Assembly (NCBI GenBank): GCA_020638285.1
Contig: JACKIV010000002.1
Span: 291,296-355,295 of the forward strand
Length of the DNA stretch: 64,000 nt
Source of the DNA: Rhodospirillales bacterium
GTDB lineage: Bacteria; Pseudomonadota; Alphaproteobacteria; Micavibrionales; Micavibrionaceae
Reading direction: 5' to 3'
This document shows positions 27,687 through 41,359 of the stretch, piece after piece. Made by a program: the position numbers and the translations under genes. Within the stretch, counting starts at the first letter, position 1. Each line of letters begins with the position of its first letter. The notes beneath the pieces are model-generated. The model worked only from the letters and a program-made list of their open reading frames with translations, searched no databases and was not told where the DNA came from.

Positions 27687-29101
27687 TTCTTTGGTCCTCT
27701 ACAGATGCGGAAAAGGCCACCGGCGGGCGGGCAACGTGTGAGTGGGCGGCGCGCGGGGTGTCGATCGACACGCGCACGCTTGAGCCCGGCGATCTGTTCA
27801 TCGCCTTGACGGGGAACGCGCAGGACGGGCATGCCTATGTGCGGCAGGCTCTGGACAAGGGCGCGGCGGCGGCGATTGTCTCGCATCTGCCCGAAGGGGT
27901 GGACGAAAACGCGCCGCTTTTGGTCGTGCCGGATACGTTTGCGGCGCTGCGGGCTTTGGGTGGTGCGGCCCGGGCGCGCACGGGGGCCAAAATCATCGGC
28001 GTGACGGGGTCTGTGGGCAAGACGGGCACCAAGGAAATGCTGGCCGCAGCGTTCGGTGCGCTGGGCCGGGTCCATGCCAGCGGGAAAAGCTTTAACAATC
28101 ACTGGGGCGTGCCGTTTTCTCTGGCCGGGATGGAAGCCGGGGCCGATACCGGAATCTTTGAGATGGGCATGAATCATGCCGGAGAAATTGCTGATCTGAC
28201 GGCTCAGGTCCGGCCTGATCTGGCCATCATAACCACCATCGCGCCGGTGCATCTGGAGCATTTTTCCTCGATTGACGAAATCGCACAGGCCAAGGCCGAA
28301 ATCTTTGATTCAATGGGACCGGAGGGAATCGCCGTTCTCAATGCCGATGACGGGTTTTTCCATGCACTGGCGGATCGGGCGCAGGCGAGGGGTTTAAAGC
28401 GGATTTATGGATTTGGAGAGTCTGAAGGGGCGGACGCCCGGATGATCGAGTGTCTGGAGGCTGCCAACGGTACGCGCGTCAAGGCTCGTATTTTTGAAAA
28501 AGATCTTGTTTTTACGCTCAAAACTCCGGGTCGGCATATTGCCATGAATGCGCTGGCCGTTTTGCTGGCCGTGGCGGCACTGGGCGGGGATGTGGTCCGG
28601 GCGGCGCGGGCGCTGGAAGACATAGAGCCTCTTCCCGGACGCGGGCGGCGCGAGACGATTGATCTGGGCGATCCGAAAAACCCGGTCATTTTGATTGATG
28701 AAAGCTATAATGCATCTCCGGCGGCCATGCGCGCGGCGTTCAAGGTTCTGGCTCTGGTCGATCCCGGACGCGGCGGGCGGCGGATTGCCGTTCTGGGCGA
28801 TATGTACGAGCTTGGGCCCGATGCGGCGCGTTTGCATGCGGAGCTGGCTCTGCCGCTCAAGGCCGCGAATGTCGATCTGGTCTATACCTGCGGACCCTTG
28901 ATGAAAAACCTGCATGATTCCCTGCCGCCTGAACTGCGCGCCGGACATCGCGACGATCACGTGGAAATGGGCCGGATCGTGCCGGAGGTTCTTGTCCCCG
29001 GCGATGTGGTCATGGTCAAGGGATCGCGCGGCGGCGGCGAAAAACCCCGGATGCAGGTGGTCGTTGAGGCTCTGCGCGCCACGTCCAGGCGGGAACGGTA
29101 A
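27683..29101 (+). CDS. murF: UDP-MurNAc-tripeptide:D-Ala-D-Ala ligase
   Basis: GVSIDTRTLEPGDLFIAL, GVTGSVGKTGTKEM, FEMGMNHAGEI, IDESYNASPAAM, and GDMYELG in place of GDMLELG. Overlaps the murE stop. Confidence 0.92.
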   Translation: MILWSSTDAEKATGGRATCEWAARGVSIDTRTLEPGDLFIALTGNAQDGHAYVRQALDKGAAAAIVSHLPEGVDENAPLLVVPDTFAALRALGGAARARTGAKIIGVTGSVGKTGTKEMLAAAFGALGRVHASGKSFNNHWGVPFSLAGMEAGADTGIFEMGMNHAGEIADLTAQVRPDLAIITTIAPVHLEHFSSIDEIAQAKAEIFDSMGPEGIAVLNADDGFFHALADRAQARGLKRIYGFGESEGADARMIECLEAANGTRVKARIFEKDLVFTLKTPGRHIAMNALAVLLAVAALGGDVVRAARALEDIEPLPGRGRRETIDLGDPKNPVILIDESYNASPAAMRAAFKVLALVDPGRGGRRIAVLGDMYELGPDAARLHAELALPLKAANVDLVYTCGPLMKNLHDSLPPELRAGHRDDHVEMGRIVPEVLVPGDVVMVKGSRGGGEKPRMQVVVEALRATSRRER

Positions 29102-29107
29102 AACAAG

Positions 29108-30367
29108 TCAGGCTGCAAGACGACCTGTCAGGCCGGAATATTCTTCCAGATGCGCCAGCGGTCCAAGTGCCGCAAGCGTCGGCGTTCCGGAAAAAATGCG
29201 CTGCGCCATGGCAATCACATTTTCCCGGGTTACGGAGTCAATTTTCTCGAGAATCTCGGGGATTTCTATCTTTGCACCAAAGGTCAGCAAATGACGGGCC
29301 TGCTGGTCTGCGCGGCCCAGCATGGATTCCCGGCCCATCAACAGACCCGCCCGCATTTGTGCCTTGGCGCGGGCCAGTTCCCGGGCGCCAACATCAGCAG
29401 TGACGGCGCGCAGACAGTCGCACAGGATGGGCGTCAAAGTCGGCAGGTCTTCCGGCCCCGTTCCGGCATAGATCGCAAATTGCCCGTCATCGACAAAGGA
29501 TTGATGAAAGCTGTAAATCGAATAGACGAGGCCGCGTTTCTCCCGAATCTCCTGAAACAGGCGCGAGGACATTCCCCCGCCCAGCAGGGTTGACAAGGCA
29601 TTTGCGACATAATAATCCGGATCTGTCCGCGCCAGTCCCCGGAATCCCAGAACGAAATGCGCCTGTTCCAGATCGCGTTCCTCGCGTCGTTCGCCGCCGG
29701 TATAGGATGCCGGGGAAAGATCAGAGGGGCGGTCGTGTGACAGGGAGTCAAAGCGCTCCCTGACCATCCGGAGCATCTCTTCATGTGCGATATTGCCCGC
29801 CGCCGAGATGACCAGACGTCCCGGTGTGTAGTATTTCCCGATATAATCAACGAGCGCGGCGCGTGGCATCCGGGCGATGGCGTCTGCCCGGCCCAGAACC
29901 GGCGCACCCAAGGTCTGGCCCCGATAGGCCGTTTCCTGATACAGGTCAAAGACAAGATCGTCTGGCGTGTCGTGCGCCGTCCCGATTTCCTGAATGATGA
30001 CATGACGTTCGCGGGCGACTTCTTCCTCGGCGAGAATGGAGTTCTGCAAAATATCAGACAGGAGATCAAGAGCCAAAGACACATCTTCTTTGAGAGTTTG
30101 AATGTGATAGGCCGTCGTTTCGCGGCCCGTATAGGCGTTCATGTGCGCGCCCACGGCTTCGGCCTGCTCGGCAATGTCGCGCGCCGTGCGGGTCGTCGTG
30201 CCCTTGAACATCATGTGTTCGACCATGTGTGCCACGCCGTTAAAATCCGGATCTTCGTTGCGCGTGCCAACTCCGGCCCATACGCCGACCGCCACGGAGT
30301 CAACCGTCGGAACCGTATCCGTGATAACGCGCAGGCCGTTGGACAGGGTGGTCAGGTGAATGGTCAT
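29108..30367 (-). CDS. M16 family (pitrilysin-like) zinc peptidase
   Basis: Inverted zinc motif HxxEH in GVAHMVEHMMFKGT. Two-domain length of about 420 aa. Start at the internal ATG (MTIHLTTLSNGLRVI). Confidence 0.88.
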   Translation of the reverse strand: MTIHLTTLSNGLRVITDTVPTVDSVAVGVWAGVGTRNEDPDFNGVAHMVEHMMFKGTTTRTARDIAEQAEAVGAHMNAYTGRETTAYHIQTLKEDVSLALDLLSDILQNSILAEEEVARERHVIIQEIGTAHDTPDDLVFDLYQETAYRGQTLGAPVLGRADAIARMPRAALVDYIGKYYTPGRLVISAAGNIAHEEMLRMVRERFDSLSHDRPSDLSPASYTGGERREERDLEQAHFVLGFRGLARTDPDYYVANALSTLLGGGMSSRLFQEIREKRGLVYSIYSFHQSFVDDGQFAIYAGTGPEDLPTLTPILCDCLRAVTADVGARELARAKAQMRAGLLMGRESMLGRADQQARHLLTFGAKIEIPEILEKIDSVTRENVIAMAQRIFSGTPTLAALGPLAHLEEYSGLTGRLAA

Positions 30368-30551
30368 AAAATGGAAACCTCTTGTGTTGTGTGCAGCCGG
30401 GCCGATAGTCGTGAATTCCGGTCCGTTCTTCAAGTGTTTTTATTGTGCGATTTATTGCGGGATTTTAGGAGGTCTGCCCCTTGATTCCGGGTGGCAAAAG
30501 GCCCTATATAGAAAAACTGTTTCGATACCACGGGCTTGGAATGGGTTTTAT

Positions 30552-31013
30552 ATGCCGGAGCGGACCGAACGCCTTGCCGAACATCCCGTTGCCATCGCGA
30601 GCGATCATGCTGGGTACGGGCTTAAATCGGATCTGATCCGCCTGTTTTCAGGGCGGGTCGCGTGGCTGGATCTGGGGACCCATTCGGATGAGTCCGTCGA
30701 TTATCCGGATTATGGGTATGCCGTGGGCCGGGCGATTGTCGAGGGCCGGGCCAGTCGGGGCGTTGTGATTTGTGGCTCCGGCGTCGGGATTTCCATCGCC
30801 GCGAATCGGTTTCCGGGTGTGCGTGCGGCTTTGTGCGTCGATTCGACTACGGCCAGACTGGCACGCCTGCATAACGATGCGAATGTTCTGGCTCTGGGCG
30901 CGCGGATTGTTGGAATCGCTGTGGCGACTGATTGTCTTGAGGTGTTTCTGGCCACGGAGTTTGAAGGCGGACGACATAAGAGGCGGGTTGAAAAGCTCCG
31001 CGTAACATCCTGA
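30552..31013 (+). CDS. rpiB: Ribose-5-phosphate isomerase B
   Basis: VAIASDHAGYGLK, GVVICGSGVGISIAANRFPGVRAAL, ARLHNDANVLALGARIVG. Confidence 0.92.
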   Translation: MPERTERLAEHPVAIASDHAGYGLKSDLIRLFSGRVAWLDLGTHSDESVDYPDYGYAVGRAIVEGRASRGVVICGSGVGISIAANRFPGVRAALCVDSTTARLARLHNDANVLALGARIVGIAVATDCLEVFLATEFEGGRHKRRVEKLRVTS

Positions 31014-31031
31014 ATGGAAAGGACAAAAACA

Positions 31032-32348
31032 ATGACCCAGACGGCCACGAAAAGTGCGGAGCAGATCATGAGCGGATTTTTTACCGAGAGCCTTGAATCC
31101 CGCGACCCGGATATTTTTCGTGCCGTGTGCGAGGAACTGGATCGCCAGCAGACCCAGATTGAGCTGATTGCCAGCGAAAACATTGTCTCTCGTGCGGTTC
31201 TGGAGGCGCAAGGTTCTGTTCTGACAAACAAATATGCCGAAGGATACCCCGGAAAGCGCTATTACGGCGGGTGCGAGTTCGTAGATGTGGTCGAGGATCT
31301 GGCGCGCGAACGGGCCAAAGAATTGTTCGGATGCAGCTATGTCAATGTCCAGCCGAACTCCGGTTCTCAGGCTAATCAAGGGGTTATGATGGCTCTGGCT
31401 CAACCGGGCGATACGATTCTGGGGATGTCCTTGGCCTCGGGTGGCCACCTGACTCACGGCGCGGCGCCGAATCAGTCCGGGAAGTGGTTTAACGCAATTC
31501 AATATGGTGTGCGGCGCGAAGACGCCCTGATCGACTATGAAGAGGTCGAACGCCTCGCCCGCGAACACAAGCCCAAAGTGATTATCGCGGGCGCATCGGC
31601 CTATCCGCGTGTGATCGACTGGGCGCGGTTCCGGAAAATAGCCGATTCGGTCGGTGCGTTTTTGTTCGTTGATATGGCGCATTATGCGGGCCTCGTGGCT
31701 GCAGGCGTATATCCCAGTCCGATTCCGCATGCCCACGTGACGACGACCACGACGCACAAGACTCTACGCGGGCCGCGCGGGGGAATGATTCTGTCCAATG
31801 ACGAGGAATTGGGCAAGAAGATCAATTCCTGCATTTTCCCAGGGATGCAGGGCGGGCCGCTGATGCATGTCATTGCCGGAAAGGCCGTGTGCTTTGCCGA
31901 GGCGCTGCGCCCTGAATTCAAGGTTTACGCAAAGGCCGTGGCGGAGAATGCGAAAATTCTGGCTTCGACCCTGATCGCGGGCGGGCTGGACATTGTTTCG
32001 GGCGGAACGGACAGTCATATTGTTCTCGTCGATCTGCGCCCCAAGAAACTCACCGGGAACGTAACTGAAAAGGCGCTTGAGCGCGCAGGAATGACGTGCA
32101 ACAAGAACGCCGTCCCCTATGACCCTGAAAAACCAACGATTACGAGCGGCGTTCGTCTGGGAACCCCCGCCGCCACCACGCGCGGGTTTGGCGCGGCGGA
32201 ATGGAAACAGGTCGGCGAAATGGCGATCGAGGTTCTCGACGGTCTGGCCGCAAACGGAGCGGAGAAAAACACCGCCGTCGAAACTGCCGTACGAAAGAAA
32301 GTGCTTGACTTATGCAAAAAGTTTCCGATTTATGCTGATTGCTGTTGA
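31032..32348 (+). CDS. glyA: Serine hydroxymethyltransferase
   Basis: [37 protein letters not shown], and the PLP lysine context [18 protein letters not shown] 31032 is preferred (GAAAGGA lies 8 nt upstream) over ATG 31014, which abuts the rpiB stop. Confidence 0.93.
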   Translation: MTQTATKSAEQIMSGFFTESLESRDPDIFRAVCEELDRQQTQIELIASENIVSRAVLEAQGSVLTNKYAEGYPGKRYYGGCEFVDVVEDLARERAKELFGCSYVNVQPNSGSQANQGVMMALAQPGDTILGMSLASGGHLTHGAAPNQSGKWFNAIQYGVRREDALIDYEEVERLAREHKPKVIIAGASAYPRVIDWARFRKIADSVGAFLFVDMAHYAGLVAAGVYPSPIPHAHVTTTTTHKTLRGPRGGMILSNDEELGKKINSCIFPGMQGGPLMHVIAGKAVCFAEALRPEFKVYAKAVAENAKILASTLIAGGLDIVSGGTDSHIVLVDLRPKKLTGNVTEKALERAGMTCNKNAVPYDPEKPTITSGVRLGTPAATTRGFGAAEWKQVGEMAIEVLDGLAANGAEKNTAVETAVRKKVLDLCKKFPIYADCC

Positions 32349-32372
32349 TACCTTTATTGTGGAGAGAGTTAG

Positions 32373-32879
32373 ATGGGGCACGAGACAGTTTATTCGTCGG
32401 GATTGACTGAAGCTGAGATAAGGCAATGGGAAAGAAATTTCAGGGCTTATTTCGGACTGCCCAGGGAGTCTCCTGAAGAACTGGAACGTTCATGGCAAGA
32501 GGGCCCCGGCAAGAATCCTCCCCTTCCTCCGCTCAGGCAGCGTTTCGGGATCTCTGGTGATGATAATCGCGTCTACCTTTTCTTGTCATCCAGGCCGGAA
32601 AACTCTTTTTTTTCCGGTGAGGGGAACCTGCGTTCTCATTTCTCTCGAGCGGTTGCACTCTGTCCGGAAATGACCGGGCGTGATGTTGTTAGGGCACTTC
32701 TGGGGAAAAAATCGCCTGATCTGAAAGCGTTCGCCTTCGTTTGTGTGGGAGGGAACGCTGAAGAAACGTTTTCCGCAGGAGGATATTCTGTTAACCTTCC
32801 TGTATACTTGGAAGATGCTATGGGAATTAAGCTGGATCAAAAAATTTCCGAGACGGGTCTTCGTTTTGCCCTTTCGTAG
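32373..32879 (+). CDS. Hypothetical protein (168 aa), orphan insert between glyA and nrdR
   Basis: ATG is preceded by GGAGAGAG. Clean ORF with A/T-ending and AGG/AGA codons, unlike the flanking genes. No recognisable motif. Confidence 0.55.
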   Translation: MGHETVYSSGLTEAEIRQWERNFRAYFGLPRESPEELERSWQEGPGKNPPLPPLRQRFGISGDDNRVYLFLSSRPENSFFSGEGNLRSHFSRAVALCPEMTGRDVVRALLGKKSPDLKAFAFVCVGGNAEETFSAGGYSVNLPVYLEDAMGIKLDQKISETGLRFALS

Positions 32880-32890
32880 ATAGGATATGC

Positions 32891-33376
32891 ATGCGCTGTC
32901 CCTTTTGTTCGCACGACGATTCTCAGGTCAAGGACTCCCGGCCCACGGATGACAATGCCGCGATCCGGCGGCGGCGGGTGTGTCCGGCGTGCGGCGGGCG
33001 CTTTACGACGTTCGAGCGCGTGCAGCTGCGCGACATGACGGTCGTCAAGGCCGGGGGGCGGCGGCAGGTTTTTGATCGCGACAAGATTTTACGCTCCATG
33101 CAGGTCGCCTTGCGCAAACGCCCTGTGCCGATTGAGGATATTGAGCGCGCGGCCAGCGGGATCGTGCGTCAGCTTGAGGCCGGGGGCGAGGCGGATATTC
33201 CTTCTGTCCTCATTGGCGAAAGGGTTATGAAGGCGCTCGCCCAGATTGATCTGGTCGGGTATATCCGTTACGCATCGGTCTATAAGGACTTCAGAAAACC
33301 GGGAGATTTCAATGAGTTTCTGGACGAGGTCAAGAGCCTTGATCCTGCGGCGTCCTCGGCTGAAAATACAGGGTAG
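32891..33376 (+). CDS. nrdR: Transcriptional repressor NrdR
   Basis: Zinc ribbon [17 protein letters not shown]...[12 protein letters not shown] plus a C-terminal ATP-cone. Confidence 0.95.
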   Translation: MRCPFCSHDDSQVKDSRPTDDNAAIRRRRVCPACGGRFTTFERVQLRDMTVVKAGGRRQVFDRDKILRSMQVALRKRPVPIEDIERAASGIVRQLEAGGEADIPSVLIGERVMKALAQIDLVGYIRYASVYKDFRKPGDFNEFLDEVKSLDPAASSAENTG

Positions 33377-33385
33377 ATGGTTCCT

Positions 33386-34237
33386 TTATCTTGACGCTGT
33401 GTCTGTGGCGTAGGGCAGTTTCGACGGGTTGGAGTCGATTTCCGCCACGGTTTTGCGCCATGCCGCCAAGCGCTCGATTCCCATGGGGTGCGTGTCCGTC
33501 AGTCCGGCTCTGGTTTCTCCTTCGTTTCCCGGAAGATCAGCAAGTACCACCATGATGCGCTCGGCTTTGCGCAGATCGTACCCGGCGCGGGCCAGAAGAT
33601 ATGCACCAAGCAAATCTGCTTCGCGCTCTTCTTCCTTGGAATAGCTGAGCGATCCGATTTCGGCTCCGATAGCCATCATGTTGTCTATGGTTTCAGCGCT
33701 CTGTTGCTGCTGGTAAGAATCATAATAGGGGTTGTTGGCGTTTGCTGCTCCGATGAGAACAGCGGTCAGAATGCCGGCAGCGGCGGCACCGATGTTTGCA
33801 TTTTCGGTTTTCTCTTCGTTATGGCGGGCCAGATGATGCCCCATTTCGTGGGCAATCAGGGCGGCGACTTCATCTTCGCTTTCCAGATATTGCAGCAATC
33901 CCCGGTAAACCGTGATCTTGTATCCATCGCTGGCAAAAGCGTTCAGGTCGTCCCTGGCGCTGTAAACAGTCTGAAAGAAACATTTTTCATATCCTGTTTT
34001 CTTGCACAAAGGCTGAGCGTTCTCCAAAAGCCGATTTGTAATTCTGGAAACATCCTTGCGGTAGGTTGCATCGCTTCTGTCGTAGGTTTTCAAAGGAGTA
34101 TGGGAATTGGCAATCTCTTCCTGCGTTTGCTTCAATTCGGCGTCCGTCACATTGGGCAGTCGATGAGCCGACCCCGCGCAGGCGCAAAGCAGAAAAACAG
34201 GCAAAAGAACCACAGTCCGCAAACGCCACGAAGACAT
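33386..34237 (-). CDS. M48 family metallopeptidase, probable lipoprotein
   Basis: HEMGHH zinc motif (ALIAHEMGHHLARH). Signal peptide with lipobox (VFLLCACAGS). Start at the internal ATG (MSSWRL). Confidence 0.8.
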   Translation of the reverse strand: MSSWRLRTVVLLPVFLLCACAGSAHRLPNVTDAELKQTQEEIANSHTPLKTYDRSDATYRKDVSRITNRLLENAQPLCKKTGYEKCFFQTVYSARDDLNAFASDGYKITVYRGLLQYLESEDEVAALIAHEMGHHLARHNEEKTENANIGAAAAGILTAVLIGAANANNPYYDSYQQQQSAETIDNMMAIGAEIGSLSYSKEEEREADLLGAYLLARAGYDLRKAERIMVVLADLPGNEGETRAGLTDTHPMGIERLAAWRKTVAEIDSNPSKLPYATDTASR

Positions 34238-34327
34238 ACCCGGGAATTCCCCGATACGAAGAAAAACGACATTCAAGCCATTTTTCTCTTATCGGGATTC
34301 GCGGCGCTTTGCAAGATCTCCGCCGAT

Positions 34328-37024
<2,697 letters not shown>

Positions 37025-37271
37025 GGGTAAAGCATCCTTTTCGACAGGGTAAGAATCTGTAATATCGGCGCTTTTCGGGCGCGCGGGGCGCGGAAACGGG
37101 CGGGGGCTTTAAGTCTTTCGGAAAATGGCGAAAAACCGGAATGGCCCCGCCTTGTTACCAAGGCCCATACTATATCAAGCCAAAAAGGATAAAAAGCGGT
37201 TAATTGATGCCTTCTTCCTGTTACGCCTTTGAACCACGGCGGACACAACGTGCGCAAAGAAAGTCAGAAAC

Positions 37272-37349
37272 CTGTGTCATTCCCGCGCAAGCGGGGACCG
37301 GGGTCTTGTAAAAACTTACCCGGTCCCCGCATTCGCGGGGATGACAGGT
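37272..37349. repeat. Inverted pair of the CTGTCATYCCCGCG... repeat (about 30-bp arms, 14-bp spacer)
   Basis: ctgtgtcattcccgcgcaagcggggaccgggg ... acccggtccccgcattcgcggggatgacagg. The two arms are near-perfect reverse complements. Each arm also carries its own small palindrome. Confidence 0.8.
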
Positions 37350-37457
37350 GAAGAAAATCTTTGCACCGCAGCGCGTTTATGCGCTTGCGCCGGGCGAGGC
37401 GATTTGCTATCCATGCGCATTCCCGAATGCGGAGGCGTTCTCCCGGCGGGGTTCTGT

Positions 37458-37543
37458 GCGGTCGTGGCGGAATGGTAGACGCGCAACGTTGAGGTCGTTG
37501 TGGGCGAAAGCCCTTGGAAGTTCAAGTCTTCTCGGCCGCACCA
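37458..37543 (+). tRNA. tRNA-Leu (anticodon GAG)
   Basis: gcggtcgtggcggaatggtagacgcgcaacgTTGAGGTcgttgtgggcgaaagcccttggaagttcaagtcttctcggccgcacca. It has a 7-bp acceptor stem (one G:U pair), a long variable arm, and an encoded CCA. Confidence 0.92.
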
Positions 37544-37596
37544 GTTTCAATAAGAAATTTCTCGGGGTTTTCAGATACAAAAAGGATCAGGCGGTC

Positions 37597-39894
<2,298 letters not shown>

Positions 39895-39942
39895 AAAATC
39901 CCCCCTTGCCAAACGAGGGTCAGGGCTTTAATTCAAAGGGTC

Positions 39943-41292
39943 ATGGATACACACGATTCAGGGGCCGAGACGGTCCCGCCTTCTGCTTTGTCTCCCCGTG
40001 AGATCGTCGCCGAGCTTGATCGCTATATTGTGGGTCAGGCCGCTGCGAAAAAGGCTGTGGCGATTGCCCTGCGCAATCGGTGGCGGCGGATGCAGCTTGA
40101 TCCGGCGCTTCAGGAGGAGATCTATCCCAAAAACATCCTGATGATTGGCCCGACGGGGGTTGGGAAAACGGAAATCGCGCGGCGTCTGGCCAGGCTTGCC
40201 GATGCGCCCTTTATCAAGGTCGAGGCGACGAAGTTTACAGAAGTCGGCTATGTCGGGCGGGACGTGGAGTCCATCATCCGCGATCTGGTCGAAGGCGCCA
40301 TTCACATGACCCGCGAGAAAATGCGCCGCGCGGTGACGGCGCAGGCCGAGATTCGGGCGGAGGAGCGCGTTCTTGATGCGCTTGTGGGTGATGCGGGGCA
40401 AGCAACACGGGAGTCCTTTCGGGAAAAGCTGCGCAGCGGCGCTTTGGACGAGAGCGAAATCGACATTGATGTTGCTGATACCTCCAGCCCTATGCCGAGT
40501 TTCGATATTCCCGGTATGCCCGGCGCATCGGTGGGGATGATTAATATTGGCGACATGATCGGCAAGGCGCTGGGTGGTGCGCGGACCCGTCGGCGGCACA
40601 TGACCGTTGCCGAGAGTCACGATATTCTGATTGAGGAAGAATGCGATCAGCTTCTTGATGATGATAAAGTCACCGAAGCCGCGCTCGATCTGGTCGAACA
40701 AAGCGGCATTGTTTTTCTGGATGAGATTGACAAAATCACGGCGCGCAATGATGTGCGTGCGGGCGGCGGGGACGTCAGCCGCGAAGGGGTGCAGCGCGAT
40801 TTGTTGCCCCTCATTGAAGGCACGACGGTTTCGACAAAGCACGGTCTTGTCCGTACGGATCATATTCTGTTTATCGCCTCCGGAGCCTTTCATAATGCCA
40901 AACCTTCGGACCTTCTGGCGGAACTTCAGGGGCGATTGCCGATCCGGGTGGAGCTTCAACCCCTCACGCAGGAAGATTTTCGCCGCATTCTGACCGAGCC
41001 GGAAGCCAGCCTCATCCGGCAATATACGGCTCTTCTGGGAACGGAAGGGTTGAACTTGATCTTTGAGGACGAGGCCATTCTGGAAATTGCGCGTCTGGCC
41101 TATGAAGTCAACGAACGTGTTGAAAATATCGGCGCGCGGCGACTTCATACGATCATGGAGAAACTGCTGGAGGACATCAGTTTCACCGCGCCCGATCGTC
41201 CGGAAGATTCAATCACGATCACGGCGACTTATGTCCGCGAACGCGTGGCCGCGCTGGCCAACAGCACGGACCTGTCCCGGTTCATCCTCTAA
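39943..41292 (+). CDS. hslU: ATP-dependent protease ATPase subunit HslU
   Basis: [33 protein letters not shown], Walker [16 protein letters not shown], Walker [25 protein letters not shown]. Confidence 0.95.
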   Translation: MDTHDSGAETVPPSALSPREIVAELDRYIVGQAAAKKAVAIALRNRWRRMQLDPALQEEIYPKNILMIGPTGVGKTEIARRLARLADAPFIKVEATKFTEVGYVGRDVESIIRDLVEGAIHMTREKMRRAVTAQAEIRAEERVLDALVGDAGQATRESFREKLRSGALDESEIDIDVADTSSPMPSFDIPGMPGASVGMINIGDMIGKALGGARTRRRHMTVAESHDILIEEECDQLLDDDKVTEAALDLVEQSGIVFLDEIDKITARNDVRAGGGDVSREGVQRDLLPLIEGTTVSTKHGLVRTDHILFIASGAFHNAKPSDLLAELQGRLPIRVELQPLTQEDFRRILTEPEASLIRQYTALLGTEGLNLIFEDEAILEIARLAYEVNERVENIGARRLHTIMEKLLEDISFTAPDRPEDSITITATYVRERVAALANSTDLSRFIL

Positions 41293-41296
41293 AAGC

Positions 41297-41323
41297 ATCC
41301 CCTCCCGGAAGAGGGGAGGGGAT
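41297..41323. terminator. Hairpin between convergent hslU and RTX genes
   Basis: atcccctcc-cggaagagg-ggaggggat forms a 9-bp GC-rich stem 5 nt after the hslU stop. A second stem (aaagcgc...gcgcttt, with a T-run) lies at 41330-41359. Confidence 0.45.
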
Positions 41324-41359
41324 AGTAGGAAAGCGCGGATTTTTGCCTTGGCGCTTTTC

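Noticed and set aside
30368-31031. Riboswitch (ZTP or glycine type) upstream of glyA
   Set aside because: glyA follows the rpiB stop directly, so there is no leader. The divergent spacer 30368-30551 shows no conserved riboswitch core that I can recognise.
30648-31757. 369-aa minus-strand ORF opposite rpiB/glyA
   Set aside because: Antisense shadow spanning two well-supported genes.
37348-37596. Upstream extension of the maeB ORF (listed start 37348)
   Set aside because: The extension reads straight through tRNA-Leu(GAG) and the inverted repeat. MRDNIKKAALDYHRF at 37597 is the normal MaeB N-terminus.
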